Shown here in pieces: positions 1-10,661 of a stretch of 64,000 nucleotides of DNA. Position numbers and translations under genes: made by a program. A model generated the notes under the pieces. The model was not told the DNA's origin. It searched no databases and worked only from the letters and a program-made list of their open reading frames with translations. This DNA is from Azolla caroliniana. Lineage: Eukaryota; Plantae; Polypodiophyta. The stretch covers positions 8,370,001-8,434,000 of the forward strand of contig JBHGNT010000004.1 in NCBI GenBank assembly GCA_043228905.1, written 5' to 3'. How positions within the stretch are numbered: position 1 is the stretch's first letter; every line of letters begins with the position of its first letter.

Positions 1-2439
1 CCGATTCGCACCAAAGATCGGGTCTTCTCGATCTTCACCGATTGGCTCGCTATGGTAGAAAATCAAACCGACCGAAAGCTGAAATGCTTTCGGACAGACA
101 ATGGGGGAGAGTTCAAATCCGATGAATTCGTCAAATTCTGCCGACAACGCGGCATCCGACGTGAATTTACGGCACCACACAGCCCGGAGCAAAACGGGAT
201 TGCCGAACGCATGAATCGCACAATCCAAGAACGGATAGTTTCCATGCTCCAACACTCCGGACTGTCGGATGGCTTCTGGGCAGAGGCTCTACTCACGGCA
301 GTACACATAATCAATATGTCGCCAAGTAGACCTCTAGGACTTCAAATTCCTCAGGAACGATGGATCGGCAGTAAGCCGAATTACGACAAGCTGAGGATCT
401 TCGGATGCGAGGCGTACGCCCTTATTCCGAAAGATGATCGCCGAAAACTTGCACCTCGGTCCAGGAAATGCATTTTCCTTGGATATGGATCCGACGGCGA
501 AATGGGATACCGACTCTGGGATCCCGAACGCAGACAAATCGTCCGAAGTTCGGACGTTGTGTTCAACGAGTCGGCTATGAATCCATCAGTCGAAAAACCG
601 ATCGAAGTCCGAAGGGTAACATTTTCCGATGTGCCGACCCTTCAAGAAGGCCCCGCTCTCAACACACGGTCAGCTTCACGGGTAGCTGAACCCTACACTA
701 CCGACTCGGACAACTCCGACTCGGCACAGCAGAACAATCCGCTTTCGGACCATCCGACCACGATACCCGATGCGACCAGTCCAATCATACCTCGACGATC
801 CGAGAGACTGTCGCAACCTCCGGAGAGGTACTCTCCTGGAATTTTCTTCACCGACGCCGGCGAACCGACGTCTTACGAAGAAGCATCGACATCTGTCGAT
901 TCAGCCACCTGGCATCTGGCGATGGAGTCGGAAATGCACTCCATTCGGGCAAACAAGACTTGGGATCTGGTCGAATTACCTAAGAACCGACGTGCTCTTC
1001 CTTGCAAGTGGGTTTATCGACTAAAAGAGACGTCTGATTCGACCACCCCAAAGTACAAGGCCAGATTAGTTGCGAAGGGCTTCCGACAAGAATATGGCGT
1101 CGACTTCGACGAGATTTTTTCACCAGTGGTGAAAATGACAACCCTTCGTTTTCTACTCGGCGTAGTGGCAGCCGACAACCTGGAGCTGATTCAGCTAGAT
1201 GTAAAAACAGCCTTCCTCCATGGTGATCTCGAGGAGGAAATTTATATGGAACAGCCAAAAGGCTTCGTGACAACTGGCCAAGAACATCTAGTCTGTCGAC
1301 TCAGGAAGAGTCTATACGGCCTCAAACAGGCACCACGACAATGGTACAAGAAGTTCGACGACTTCATCCAATCGATCGGCTTCTCAAAAAGCGATGAGGA
1401 CCATTGTCTCTTCACCAACACAGCTCAAGATGGATCACCCATCTTCCTCATCATTTACGTGGACGACATGCTAATTTCTGGACGCCACGCGGGCGAACTT
1501 GCCGATCTCATTCGGCAACTGCGGTTGAAGTTTGCCATGAAGGACCTCGGTCCGGCACGACACATACTCGGCATGAAGATTAGTCGGCATCGCGATAAAC
1601 GACATCTTTTTTTGTCTCAGACCGACTATATCCGACGTGTCTTGGAACGCTTCAACATGCAATCAGCCAAATCTGCTTCAACCCCGCTCCCCATGAATCT
1701 TCGGCTCTCTCAGCGAGACTGCCCGACATCCGGCCCGGAGGGGGAAGATATGAAGTCGGTACCGTATGCACCGGCAGTCGGCTCCCTTATGTACCTGATG
1801 GTCGCGACACGGCCTGATATTTCTCACGCCGTAGGAGTCGTTAGCAGATTTATGCACAATCCTGGCCGATCGCATTGGAACGCAGTCAAGCATGTGTTCA
1901 GATATCTGGCTGGCACAAAAGACCATGGCATTCTTTTCGGTCCGAACCGAACCTCAGGCGTAGTCGGTTACACCGACTCGGACTTCGCCGGCTGTATAGA
2001 CAGTCGGAAATCAACAACCGGATACTGCTTCAAATTCGGCAATGGAGCAATTTCGTGGAAGTCGAAACTTCAGGAGTGCACAACGACCTCAACGACCGAA
2101 GCAGAATATGTAGCTGCGTCCGACGCAGCAAAAGAAGCCTTATGGCTTGGTCGGCTGGCGCACACGTTTCGGCAAGTCGACCATGACTTGGCCCCAGTTG
2201 TCTATAGCGACAGTCAAGGTGTTGTTGCCTTGTCGAGAAATCCGGTTCACCACAACGCCTCCAAACATATCGACGTTCGATATCACTTCGTTCGGGACTG
2301 CGTCATCTCAGGGAAAATCGGTCTAGAGAAAATATCCACAACCGACAATGTCGCAGATGGAATGACCAAGTGTCTTTCGGCAGACCGCTTTCGGTCTCTT
2401 CGGCATCAGATGGGCGTAACGACAAACCAGTCCGGTTAG
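1..2439 (+). CDS. Copia polyprotein, partial (integrase core, RT, RNase H), no stops
   Basis: Motifs RTDNGGEF, AERMNRT, KARLVAKG, QLDVKTAFLHG, LYGLKQAPRQW, YVDD, YTDSD, EAEY, KHIDVRYHF, ADGMTK. The frame is open from base 1. Confidence 0.95.
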   Translation, partial: PIRTKDRVFSIFTDWLAMVENQTDRKLKCFRTDNGGEFKSDEFVKFCRQRGIRREFTAPHSPEQNGIAERMNRTIQERIVSMLQHSGLSDGFWAEALLTAVHIINMSPSRPLGLQIPQERWIGSKPNYDKLRIFGCEAYALIPKDDRRKLAPRSRKCIFLGYGSDGEMGYRLWDPERRQIVRSSDVVFNESAMNPSVEKPIEVRRVTFSDVPTLQEGPALNTRSASRVAEPYTTDSDNSDSAQQNNPLSDHPTTIPDATSPIIPRRSERLSQPPERYSPGIFFTDAGEPTSYEEASTSVDSATWHLAMESEMHSIRANKTWDLVELPKNRRALPCKWVYRLKETSDSTTPKYKARLVAKGFRQEYGVDFDEIFSPVVKMTTLRFLLGVVAADNLELIQLDVKTAFLHGDLEEEIYMEQPKGFVTTGQEHLVCRLRKSLYGLKQAPRQWYKKFDDFIQSIGFSKSDEDHCLFTNTAQDGSPIFLIIYVDDMLISGRHAGELADLIRQLRLKFAMKDLGPARHILGMKISRHRDKRHLFLSQTDYIRRVLERFNMQSAKSASTPLPMNLRLSQRDCPTSGPEGEDMKSVPYAPAVGSLMYLMVATRPDISHAVGVVSRFMHNPGRSHWNAVKHVFRYLAGTKDHGILFGPNRTSGVVGYTDSDFAGCIDSRKSTTGYCFKFGNGAISWKSKLQECTTTSTTEAEYVAASDAAKEALWLGRLAHTFRQVDHDLAPVVYSDSQGVVALSRNPVHHNASKHIDVRYHFVRDCVISGKIGLEKISTTDNVADGMTKCLSADRFRSLRHQMGVTTNQSG

Positions 2440-2633
2440 AGCCGGACACAGCGCAGGATGGTTTCCGACAACCGACATCAGTTCCTTAATGATCGGCTTC
2501 AACTCTTCCGACCCGACCAGTTCGGTCTTCTGCCTTCGGACCCTGCCGACTCGAACAAAAACTGATATGTCCGAGAACCTAAGTTTATACCTGTAATCTT
2601 AGATAACCCATGTATACGCCCATTACGGGGGAG

Positions 2634-2801
2634 TGTCGAATACAAGTGTATAATGGACGTATTCACACTATCCCTTCGGGCCATTTGTGTAATTAGCATA
2701 AATGGTAGTTGCCCTAAGTCGGTCACTATATATAGTGACCTTGTAACCTTCTTGTAAGGTTGGGTGTTGTATTATTGCTTTGTTGAATAAGAAAGTCTTT
2801 T

Positions 2802-2851
<50 letters not shown>

Positions 2852-2938
2852 AACGACCTACAATCTGTCATACGCAGGTATACTCAACAGCAATCGAATG
2901 CTCCTTGATCTTCCGCATAGACGACCTCGTCCCCAACA
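2634..2938 (+). repeat. 3' LTR (305 bp) of the first copia
   Basis: TG...CA ends directly after the PPT. TATA lies in the perfect palindrome GGTCACTATATATAGTGACC (2721-2740). (CT)n at about 2805-2847. Confidence 0.85.
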
Positions 2939-4652
2939 GAAGGCTCTCAACCGGACCTTCTCAATGAAAGACCTGGGTTCGGCAAGGCAGATGTTGGGGA
3001 TGCACATTATCCGGAACCGGTCAGTGAAGTAATTATGGCTGTCACAGGAGAAGTACGTGACAAAGGTGTTTCACCGGTTCAACATGTCAGATGCGAAACC
3101 GGTCGGATCGACACTTCCGGCAAACTGCAGGCTATCCGGTAAGCAAAGCCCGAAGACGAAAGTAGAGAAGGCGGATATGATGAAGATTCTATATGCCTCT
3201 AGCGTCGGGAGCTTGATGTACGCAATGGTGTGTACCCGACCGGATATAGGATACGCAGTTGGAGTGGTGAGCCGGTTTATGAACAATCCCGGCAAGGAGC
3301 ACTGGAACGCGGTCAAATGGATACTCCGGTATTTGAAGGGCACTTCAAATATGTGTCTCCGATTCGGCTCCGGAAAACCTCAACTTGACGGTTTTACCGA
3401 TTCGGACATGTCGGCTGATGTGGATACCAACTGTTGTACATCCGGGTATGTAATGACATATGCAGGGGGAGCTGTCTCGTGGCAGTCGAGTCTGTAGAAG
3501 ACGGTTGCATTGTCAACCACGGAGGCGGAGTAGATGGCGGCTGTGGAAGCCGGCAAGGAAATATTATGGATGAAGGACTTCATCGGAGAGCTCAGTATCC
3601 GGCAAGATGAATATCGGCTCTATTGCGACAGTCAAAAAGCCATCCACCTTGCTAGGAATGCGGCCTACCATACCCGGACGAAGCATATCAAGCGAAGGTA
3701 TCACTAGATCCGAGAAAGAGTAGATGACCAGGAGTTCTCACTGATGAAGATCCACACGGCCGAGAACGGGTCAGACATGCTGACCAAAGTGTTGATACCC
3801 GACAAGCTGGATGCATGCCGGAAGAGGATCGGACTAGTAAGACACCCCATGTCGGAGTGAAGGGGGAGTTTGTTGGGAGACAGGTCCCTTCGGATGGTGC
3901 AGACCTGGTGAGAACCGGACGAGGAGTACTCGGCTACAGAGAGCCGGATGGTGCAGACCCGGTGAGAACCGGACGAGGAGTACCCGGCTACGGAGAGCCG
4001 GATGGTGCAGACCCGGTGAGAACCGGATGAAGAGTACCGGGCTACGGAGAGCCGGATGGTGCAGACCCGGTGAGAACCGGATGAAGAGTACCCGGCTACG
4101 GAGAGCCGGATGGTGCACACCTGGTGAGGACCGGATGAGGAGTACCCGGCTACGGAGAGCCAGATGGTGCAGACCCAATGAGGAGTGCTCACCGGATGAA
4201 GAGACATATTTGTAAATATGTTTATGAGAGGCCATCATGGCTATATTTGTAAATAGCCGAAAAGTCATATTAGTATAAATATGACTTAGGGCAAACTTTT
4301 AGAGTGAGTAGTTGTTATTCTTGTTGGTGCAAGGAGAGAGAGAGCGCGGAACTGTGTACAGAGAGAGAGAGAGAGAGAAAGAGGTTGTTGCCTCTGTTGT
4401 AACCGCCGCCTGTGACGAGGATCGTGAGCACGAGGTCGTTTCCTCCGTGAACTCACTGTTGTACATTCTAGCATAATGATAGTTTGCAGCCTGTGGGCTG
4501 TCGTGGTTTTTCCCTTAGTTTGGGTTTTCCACGTAAACATCCTACGTACTCGTCTCTTCTCTTGTATCATGCATTCATTCCTGTTTTCTGTGTATGATTC
4601 TAAGCTCGGTTGTAGCCGAGCGTTGCGTATAGGGAGCATGCAGTTCCCGTCA
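2939..4652 (+). mobile_element. Decayed Tnt1/Tork-like copia, 3' part (RT C-terminus, RNase H, PPT, 3' LTR)
   Basis: KALNRTFSMKDLG, GSLMYAMVCTRPDI, FTDSDM with several premature stops. Same family as the elements at 20356, 24220 and 58580. PPT AGGGGGAG 3861-3868. Confidence 0.92.
3871..4652 (+). repeat. 3' LTR (782 bp) with 54-bp U3 tandem repeats
   Basis: TGTTGG...CCGTCA ends. About 5.5 copies of GGATGGTGCAGACCCGGTGAGAACCGGATGAGGAGTACCCGGCTACGGAGAGCC at about 3892-4180. (GA)n at about 4360. Confidence 0.9.
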
Positions 4653-5089
4653 CTACATTCCGCTTGTAACAAATCGAGTAATATGAAAGCATGTTTATTG
4701 AATTCTTATGATTTCTAAAAAATCGTTTCTTATAAAATAACATTGGTTGTAAAGTTTGTGATATAAATTTAGAATGTAACTTTTCGAAATTCCTCTTCTT
4801 TTTTTTTTTTTTCTAAATCACGAAAATAGTGGATTTTTAACCTTTTTCATAATATACTTGAACATGTATGATATTGGTATCAATGTGTTTTGTAAAATCA
4901 TTGAAAAAGTACTAAAATCAACTAAAATATTCCTTATCCTTCCATTTATGCGCGATCCTTCCACTTGTGAACGCAAACGTGTTTTCACTATTATCAGCTA
5001 ATTAGCAACCTTAATAGCTAATTAGCTATTGGCAATAGCTAGTTAGCTATGTGTGGACTGATTACTCTAAGCGGGTACAAATTATTGTA

Positions 5090-6793
5090 CTTTCTGCCAT
5101 GGCTGATTGGGAGATTTTCTCTGGTGATTTGCCAAGATGAATCACCTAGTGTCGTCCTATACCCGTCTTCAACTAACATGCCGATGGATACCAAACTCAT
5201 TTTGAGCTCAAGTACATACCAGATCTGGTGTAGGATGATGTTATTGCCATTCGGAAGTCGAGTAGGGATCTCGCCGATTCCAACGACTCGGCACTCTTGC
5301 TCATTGCCGAGTCAGACTATGTTGTCGGCTTGGGCCGAATATTCCGAAAACCATTCATGATGAGGGGTCACATGGAATGTGGCTCCCAAATCAAGTAGCC
5401 ACGTTCGCACATCTTGTACGCTATAAAGGATCTCTCCGGCCGTCAATACCTCTAACGAGAGGACTTCTCCCCATTGGGATTCGGCAATGTTGACTTGGTT
5501 GCGGATTTGGGAGTGTTTCGAATCGAACGATCCTGAATTCCTATCGAATTTGCGTTTATTCCCCTTCTTAATTGACCAACAATCGACGATGTTATGGCCA
5601 GCTTTTCTACAATGTATGCAGAAAGTGTTTGTCTTGCCAGTGCGCAACTTCGATCGCGGTCGATTCTCCTCCTTGGCCAGCTCTAGCTTCAGTCTGTTCT
5701 CTGAGCCGTATCAGCCAAAAAGTGGGCTTCTACGTTGTCGTTAATGGAGAGTCCCAGTGATATTCATTGAATGTCTTCCAACAATATCATTCTGATAGCT
5801 TCGTCCAACATCAGCTTCTGCGAGCTATTGGTGAATGTGGTGCATAAGACTTCCCAACTTGCTGGTAAGCTCAAGATCTGAAGCATAAGAGCTTTTACCT
5901 CTTCTTCGAAGTTCATCCCTTGAGAGGAGAGTTCGACCAACACCTATCTAAAGGTGTTGATGTGAGAGGTTGTTGGCTCTGACTCCTTCATCTTCATATT
6001 GAACAATTGTCGGATCCATATGAGTTTCGATGAAGATAATTTGTTTTCGTACATGGCTTGGAGCTTCTCCCACAGGGTGTATGCTAACGTCTCTTTGGCC
6101 ATTGTTAAATAGATGTTTTCAGCCAAGTGCATCCGAATGGTCGATCTGGCGATTTCGTCCAAAGAGCGCCATTCTTCTGCTATCATTGAGGCTGGCTTGG
6201 TGTTGTGCCAAATTGCCTCAACCTAACGTCGGATGATCAATACATCCTTCATCATCTCCTTCAAGAGGGCAAAGTTCTTGCCGTCGAATTTTTTGATCTC
6301 GTAGCTAGTGCCGGATGTCGAGGCCATCTATATGTGGAAGTGAGATCTTGACCTAGTCCTTTTCTTCAGCCAATTTGTTCTTCTCCTTGTATGGTTGCCG
6401 TGGCCGGATTCCAAGATCGCTCGGATACCACTATGGTAGCACTATGTGTGCTTTAACCAACTAGTATGAGACAATGAACCGATTGGTTGCGAAATAGCAA
6501 CAAGGCTCTTGTATGTGGGGCCCAAGAGTAGGGGATATGGTGGAATGGTAGACGCTACAGACTCAATTGGATCGGCCCAAGATTTTTTTCGTGGGTAATC
6601 CTAAGCCAAATCTAACTTCACCTAAATTATAACTTTTGGACGTGAATGCCAGATAGGTACAGAGATTCAACGGGAGCTATTCGAACGGACACTCTTTTAC
6701 TCTTTATAGCCGGAGAGTTATGGACTGTACGACTACTACACGACCATCCATTGGATTAGATAAGGTACAGGAACAGACGAGAGGGCTGCAACA
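5090..6793 (-). mobile_element. Truncated copia remnant (5' LTR, PBS, gag, protease)
   Basis: PBS TGGTATCCGAGC (rc 6419-6430). Gag MASTSGTSYEIKKFDGKNF with stops, zinc knuckle CIHCRKAGHNIVDC, protease WLLDLGATFH. Probable LTR 6434-6793 (TGTTGCA...CTACCA) with TATA at about 6704. Confidence 0.82.
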
Positions 6794-7090
6794 TGATTGT
6801 CAGAATCGATTGTCAGGATCTTAGCCTTACTTTTCTCTCCATCGCACCGTAATAGGGTTATAACCGTTGAACTTAGCGGTGGAAGCGACTAGCTCGTACC
6901 ATGTGAGCTACCTACCGTTGGTGGTTAATATGTATTCCATATGTGCAACTTGATTGTCAAGATCTTCTTGACCTTACTCCAAGACTTAGACTTTTAGTTT
7001 TGCAAATGATAAGAAAGAAAGTGAAAAGGATCTTCCTGCATTTTTGCTTTTTCTGCTTTTTTCCCCTGCGTCCAGGCAGTCTGTTTGCAG

Positions 7091-7428
7091 ATGAAGTATC
7101 CATGGCGACCTCATCGTCTATCTCCTTTTCTCTCATTCCTCGTCGCCAAGAAACCCCTGGAACCTCCCTTCAGAAAACCCCTTCCTTCCATCCCCTGGCA
7201 TCCTCTGTACTCCCCATATCTCCTTCAGGAACATTACCCTTTCTCTCTCCATCTCCATGGATCCTTCAGACGCACACATACCACCGAAGGAGACTCCTCA
7301 CAGAGGATCTTCGGCGATCCGAAATCATGGATACATGTTTATCTCCCTGCTTCCATCAGGCCTTATGCGTTGTTGGCTCGACTTGATAAGCCTATTGGAA
7401 CCTGGCTTCTTGCTTGGCCCTGTGCCTG
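7091..7428 (+). CDS. PPT1: PPT1/COQ2 coding exon 1 (targeting peptide and start of UbiA domain)
   Basis: ATG directly follows a TTGCAG acceptor with a pyrimidine tract, implying a probable 5'UTR intron. Ends TG|GTAAGT. Confidence 0.85.
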
Positions 7429-10400
7429 GTAAGTGTTGCTTGTTTCGTTTGCCCCATTGTTTTTTGCTGAAGAATATGAGAGAAAGATGGATGATTTCAA
7501 CTTTGGTGTGTTTCAAAGGAGGCCTAAGAGGTGTTTAGATCAATTCATCGTAAAATATTGAAATCATTTGACACTGTTTGTGAATTTATTAAGCTATTTG
7601 ACATGTATACAGACGAGATGTGAACTAGTCCATAGTCCATCAAAACAAGGTATAAAAAAGTTGGACTTTTGTGTAAATCAATCCATTATTATATGCTTGA
7701 ATGATGCGAATTGATCCTTCTATACATGCTACAATTATGTTTTTTTTTTATCTTTGCTTCCTAAAACATTTGAGTTTTTGGAGTGTTGATACAAGATTAA
7801 AATGTCGTGAAAGTCAATGCATCATCTTATACATTAAAAGATGGCAGTGATGTGCTACGTATACATTCAAGTGTCTCTGCATGATATGAACATGTCAACA
7901 GTCACCTGATGTGGGTAAAAGGAATGATTATATATCAGGTCGATTGCACTTGCTGCACCAAATGGAAGTCTTCCAGACTTAAAAACACTTGCATTGTTTG
8001 GAGTGGGTGCGATCCTTTTGCGAGGTGCTGGTTGTACTGTGAACGATCTCCTGGATCAAGATATTGATCGCAAGGTGAGATCAAATTTATTTTTGATTTA
8101 GATCTACTATTCTCATCAACAAAATTATAGTGCTGAAAATGTTAATCACCAACTTATTTCACAGCCTCTTGTTGTAGGTGGAGAGAACTAAATTGCGACC
8201 GATTGCTTCTGGGGCTGTTACACCATTCCAAGGGCTGAGCTTCCTTGGCATCCAGTTATTATTAGGTCTAGGAATCCTTTTGCAACTCAATCAGTTCAGG
8301 TTAGTAGTTTCATTCTATTCAACTATATAACCTAACATTATCGGAAAAGAAACTTCATTTCCATAACCAGATACATCTCTAAGGAATGGAATAGCTAAAA
8401 AAATATAATATGTATAACCTATTGACTATTATAAGAAATGATGACCCTGTTTACATTGAAGCAATCTTCATAACAATTGTTCCTCTTCACACATAAATGG
8501 CAAGGTATGTCCATTACTATGAAGACTAGGTCATCTATCTTCTTGTTTTATCCTTTTATTTTATTTACATCATAAGGAGCACTTCTACTTTTAGATCATC
8601 TTTAACACGCCCCTCTTGTGGTTCCTCAACGATTCTGAATTCTCTATGCTCTTTAATGTCCAAAGAACCTTCTGAGCATTAGGCAAACATTTTTTTACTT
8701 TCTGAACTCTATAGAAACTTCTTCCTCTTTCTTTTGCTGAAACCCTGTGCCATATTCACCAGAAAAAAAGGTGTTTGCATGAATGTGGAAATGCAAAACC
8801 AAACAGCCAAAAGGTCTTCTTCAAATGAACCAGCTTTTTAAATTTATTTTCTTAGATTTCAATAAATTTATTTCTTGAGATCATCCAATGAATGCAACGC
8901 TGGGATGAAAAACAACTAACTTATTATCAAATTTCAGTTATTTATTCAGCTATAAGATTAGTTTTCTTTTTTAAAATTCTATAAGTATAAGCAATTGTTT
9001 ACAACATTCAGCTTGCCAGCTGAATGATAAGTATGGAAGTAGCACTTGAATAAGGATGATTTTGGGGGCTTCACATGGTAATAATAAGTCTGGCACCGAT
9101 TATGGGTTGTTCAGAAATGGAAACAAGAAATAGAGCTGTAGAAAGAAGATGAATGTAGGAAGCTGGCGCCTGAAGTTCCTCGAGAATTCTATATATGTTG
9201 AGGATGTTTTGGCTTGTTCATATGAAAAATTGACAACTGAAACTCTAGCATGTGCTCATATAGGACAAGACACTTCCGAGCATAAATAATATATATTGAA
9301 AGTATTGTCATATAATTTAGTAATAATTTCAAGATCAGTTCTGGAAAAGCATGGATTTTATCATTTCTTCTTTTCAGTGTAACCGATTTCTGATCAAGTT
9401 GGAGATCTGACTATGATCTTTGTGTTTTTTCAGTCAAATTTTGGGAGCATCATCTCTTTTATTTGTAGGAGCTTATCCTCTCTTTAAAAGGTGGACCTAT
9501 TGGGTATGGCGTCTCTTGATGTTATTTGTATGAGTTTACAAGAATAGACCGATAGCTATGTGTGCATACTCTACCATTATGACGTGTTCTGAAAGGATAT
9601 CACATCCTAGGAGAAAATAAGGACGTGCAAGATGAGGCAGTGAGCAAGGGTTTTAGAATCTATCTAGAGATTGGTGATTTCATGGGGCTTAAAAAGAAAT
9701 GTCTTAATAATATGTAAGAATATTCTTCTCTAAATGTTGAGGATTGTTCAATAGTAGTTGTAGTTTTCTATGATTCTCATCTTATTATAAGCATTGACAA
9801 TAGTAAGAATAACAATAAATCATAACATACAACTTATCACGAAGTATCTGCTGCAGCCTCAAGCATTCCTGGGTTTGACCATAAATTGGGGTGCTCTGCT
9901 AGGTTGGGCTGCAGTCAAAGGGAGCATCGAAATTCCTGTGATTGCTCCACTTTATCTTTCTTGTATTTGCTGGACACTGGTTTATGATACGATCTATGCG
10001 CATCAGGTATTTAATCTGTATCATTGCATCCAGGAATATATTCGTATAAAGATAAACATTCAATCTTGTGATGTATGAGTAGTGGAATGTTATAATTTTG
10101 AATGTTATGGTTCAGGACAAATATGATGATGCCAAAGTTGGTGTGAAATCGACAGCATTATATTTTGGAAATCAAACACAATCATGGGTAACAGGTTTTG
10201 CTACTCTCAGCATTAGTTCACTCCTACTAGCTGGGCACATGGATGGCCTAGGTAAGTAGATGCTTACATTATCAATTGGTTTCTGTATTTTGCCTAAGCA
10301 TTGGGATTAGTAGGAACCTTGTGTGAGGAAGGAGGGTTTCTACTTTGAATACGCGTTTCAGTATAATTCATGCTGAGAGTAATCATTGTGGCATGTGAAA

Positions 10401-10661
10401 ATAGGATGGCCTTTCTTCTGTAGCATTTTTGGTGCGGCCACCCATTTATATTGGCAAATATCAACTGTTGATATACATGATCCTGTTGATTGCAACTCAA
10501 AGTATCTTGTCTCTTTCTCCTCTCATTTTGTTTTTACAGAAATGGATATGCCAATGCAGTAACTTCTAACTTGGTTGTCCTTGTTTTAAAGATTTGTTTC
10601 CAACAAGTGGTTTGGAGCGATCGTGTTTGCAGGAATTGTTGGTGGGAAGTTGGTCGTGTAG
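7091..10661 (+). CDS. PPT1: 4-hydroxybenzoate polyprenyltransferase (UbiA family, ubiquinone synthesis; PPT1/COQ2), 8 coding exons, 372 aa
   Basis: Exons 7091-7428, 7939-8074, 8178-8299, 9434-9503, 9857-10006, 10116-10251, 10405-10501, 10592-10661. All introns are GT-AG with consistent phases (1119 nt total). Motifs [65 protein letters not shown]. Confidence 0.95.
7939..8074 (+). CDS. PPT1: PPT1/COQ2 exon 2
   Basis: CAG|G...AAG|GTGAGA. Encodes the first aspartate-rich motif NDLLDQDID. Confidence 0.93.
8178..8299 (+). CDS. PPT1: PPT1/COQ2 exon 3
   Basis: TAG|GTG...AG|GTTAGT; [12 protein letters not shown]...LLQLN. Confidence 0.93.
9434..9503 (+). CDS. PPT1: PPT1/COQ2 exon 4
   Basis: TTTCAG|T...TGG|GTATGG; [21 protein letters not shown]. 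Confidence 0.92.
9857..10006 (+). CDS. PPT1: PPT1/COQ2 exon 5
   Basis: CAG|CCT...CAG|GTATTT; [19 protein letters not shown]...YDTIYAHQ. Confidence 0.94.
10116..10251 (+). CDS. PPT1: PPT1/COQ2 exon 6
   Basis: CAG|GAC...G|GTAAGT; [18 protein letters not shown]. Confidence 0.93.
10405..10501 (+). CDS. PPT1: PPT1/COQ2 exon 7
   Basis: TAG|GA...AA|GTATCT; WPFF...[11 protein letters not shown]...DC. Confidence 0.88.
10592..10661 (+). CDS. PPT1: PPT1/COQ2 exon 8 (terminal)
   Basis: AAG|A TTT GTT TCC AAC AAG TGG...TAG; [15 protein letters not shown]. Confidence 0.88.

Larger units (their letters stand above)
1..2938 (+). mobile_element. Ty1/copia LTR retrotransposon, 3' part (5' end outside window), inserted into the RT of another copia
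   Basis: Open IN-RT-RH frame to 2439, PPT GGGGGAG 2627-2633, LTR TGTCG...CAACA 2634-2938. A different copia RT starts abruptly at 2939. Confidence 0.93.

Noticed and set aside
3892-4180. CRISPR-like regularly spaced repeats (also at about 22170 and 52246)
   Set aside because: The units are head-to-tail with no unique spacers, lie inside LTR U3 regions, and have no cas genes nearby. The context is eukaryotic.
10502-10539. Strong-looking acceptor TTTTACAG at 10539 in PPT1 intron 7
   Set aside because: It would give a 38-nt intron and break the conserved FVSNKWFG frame. The acceptor at 10591 fits.
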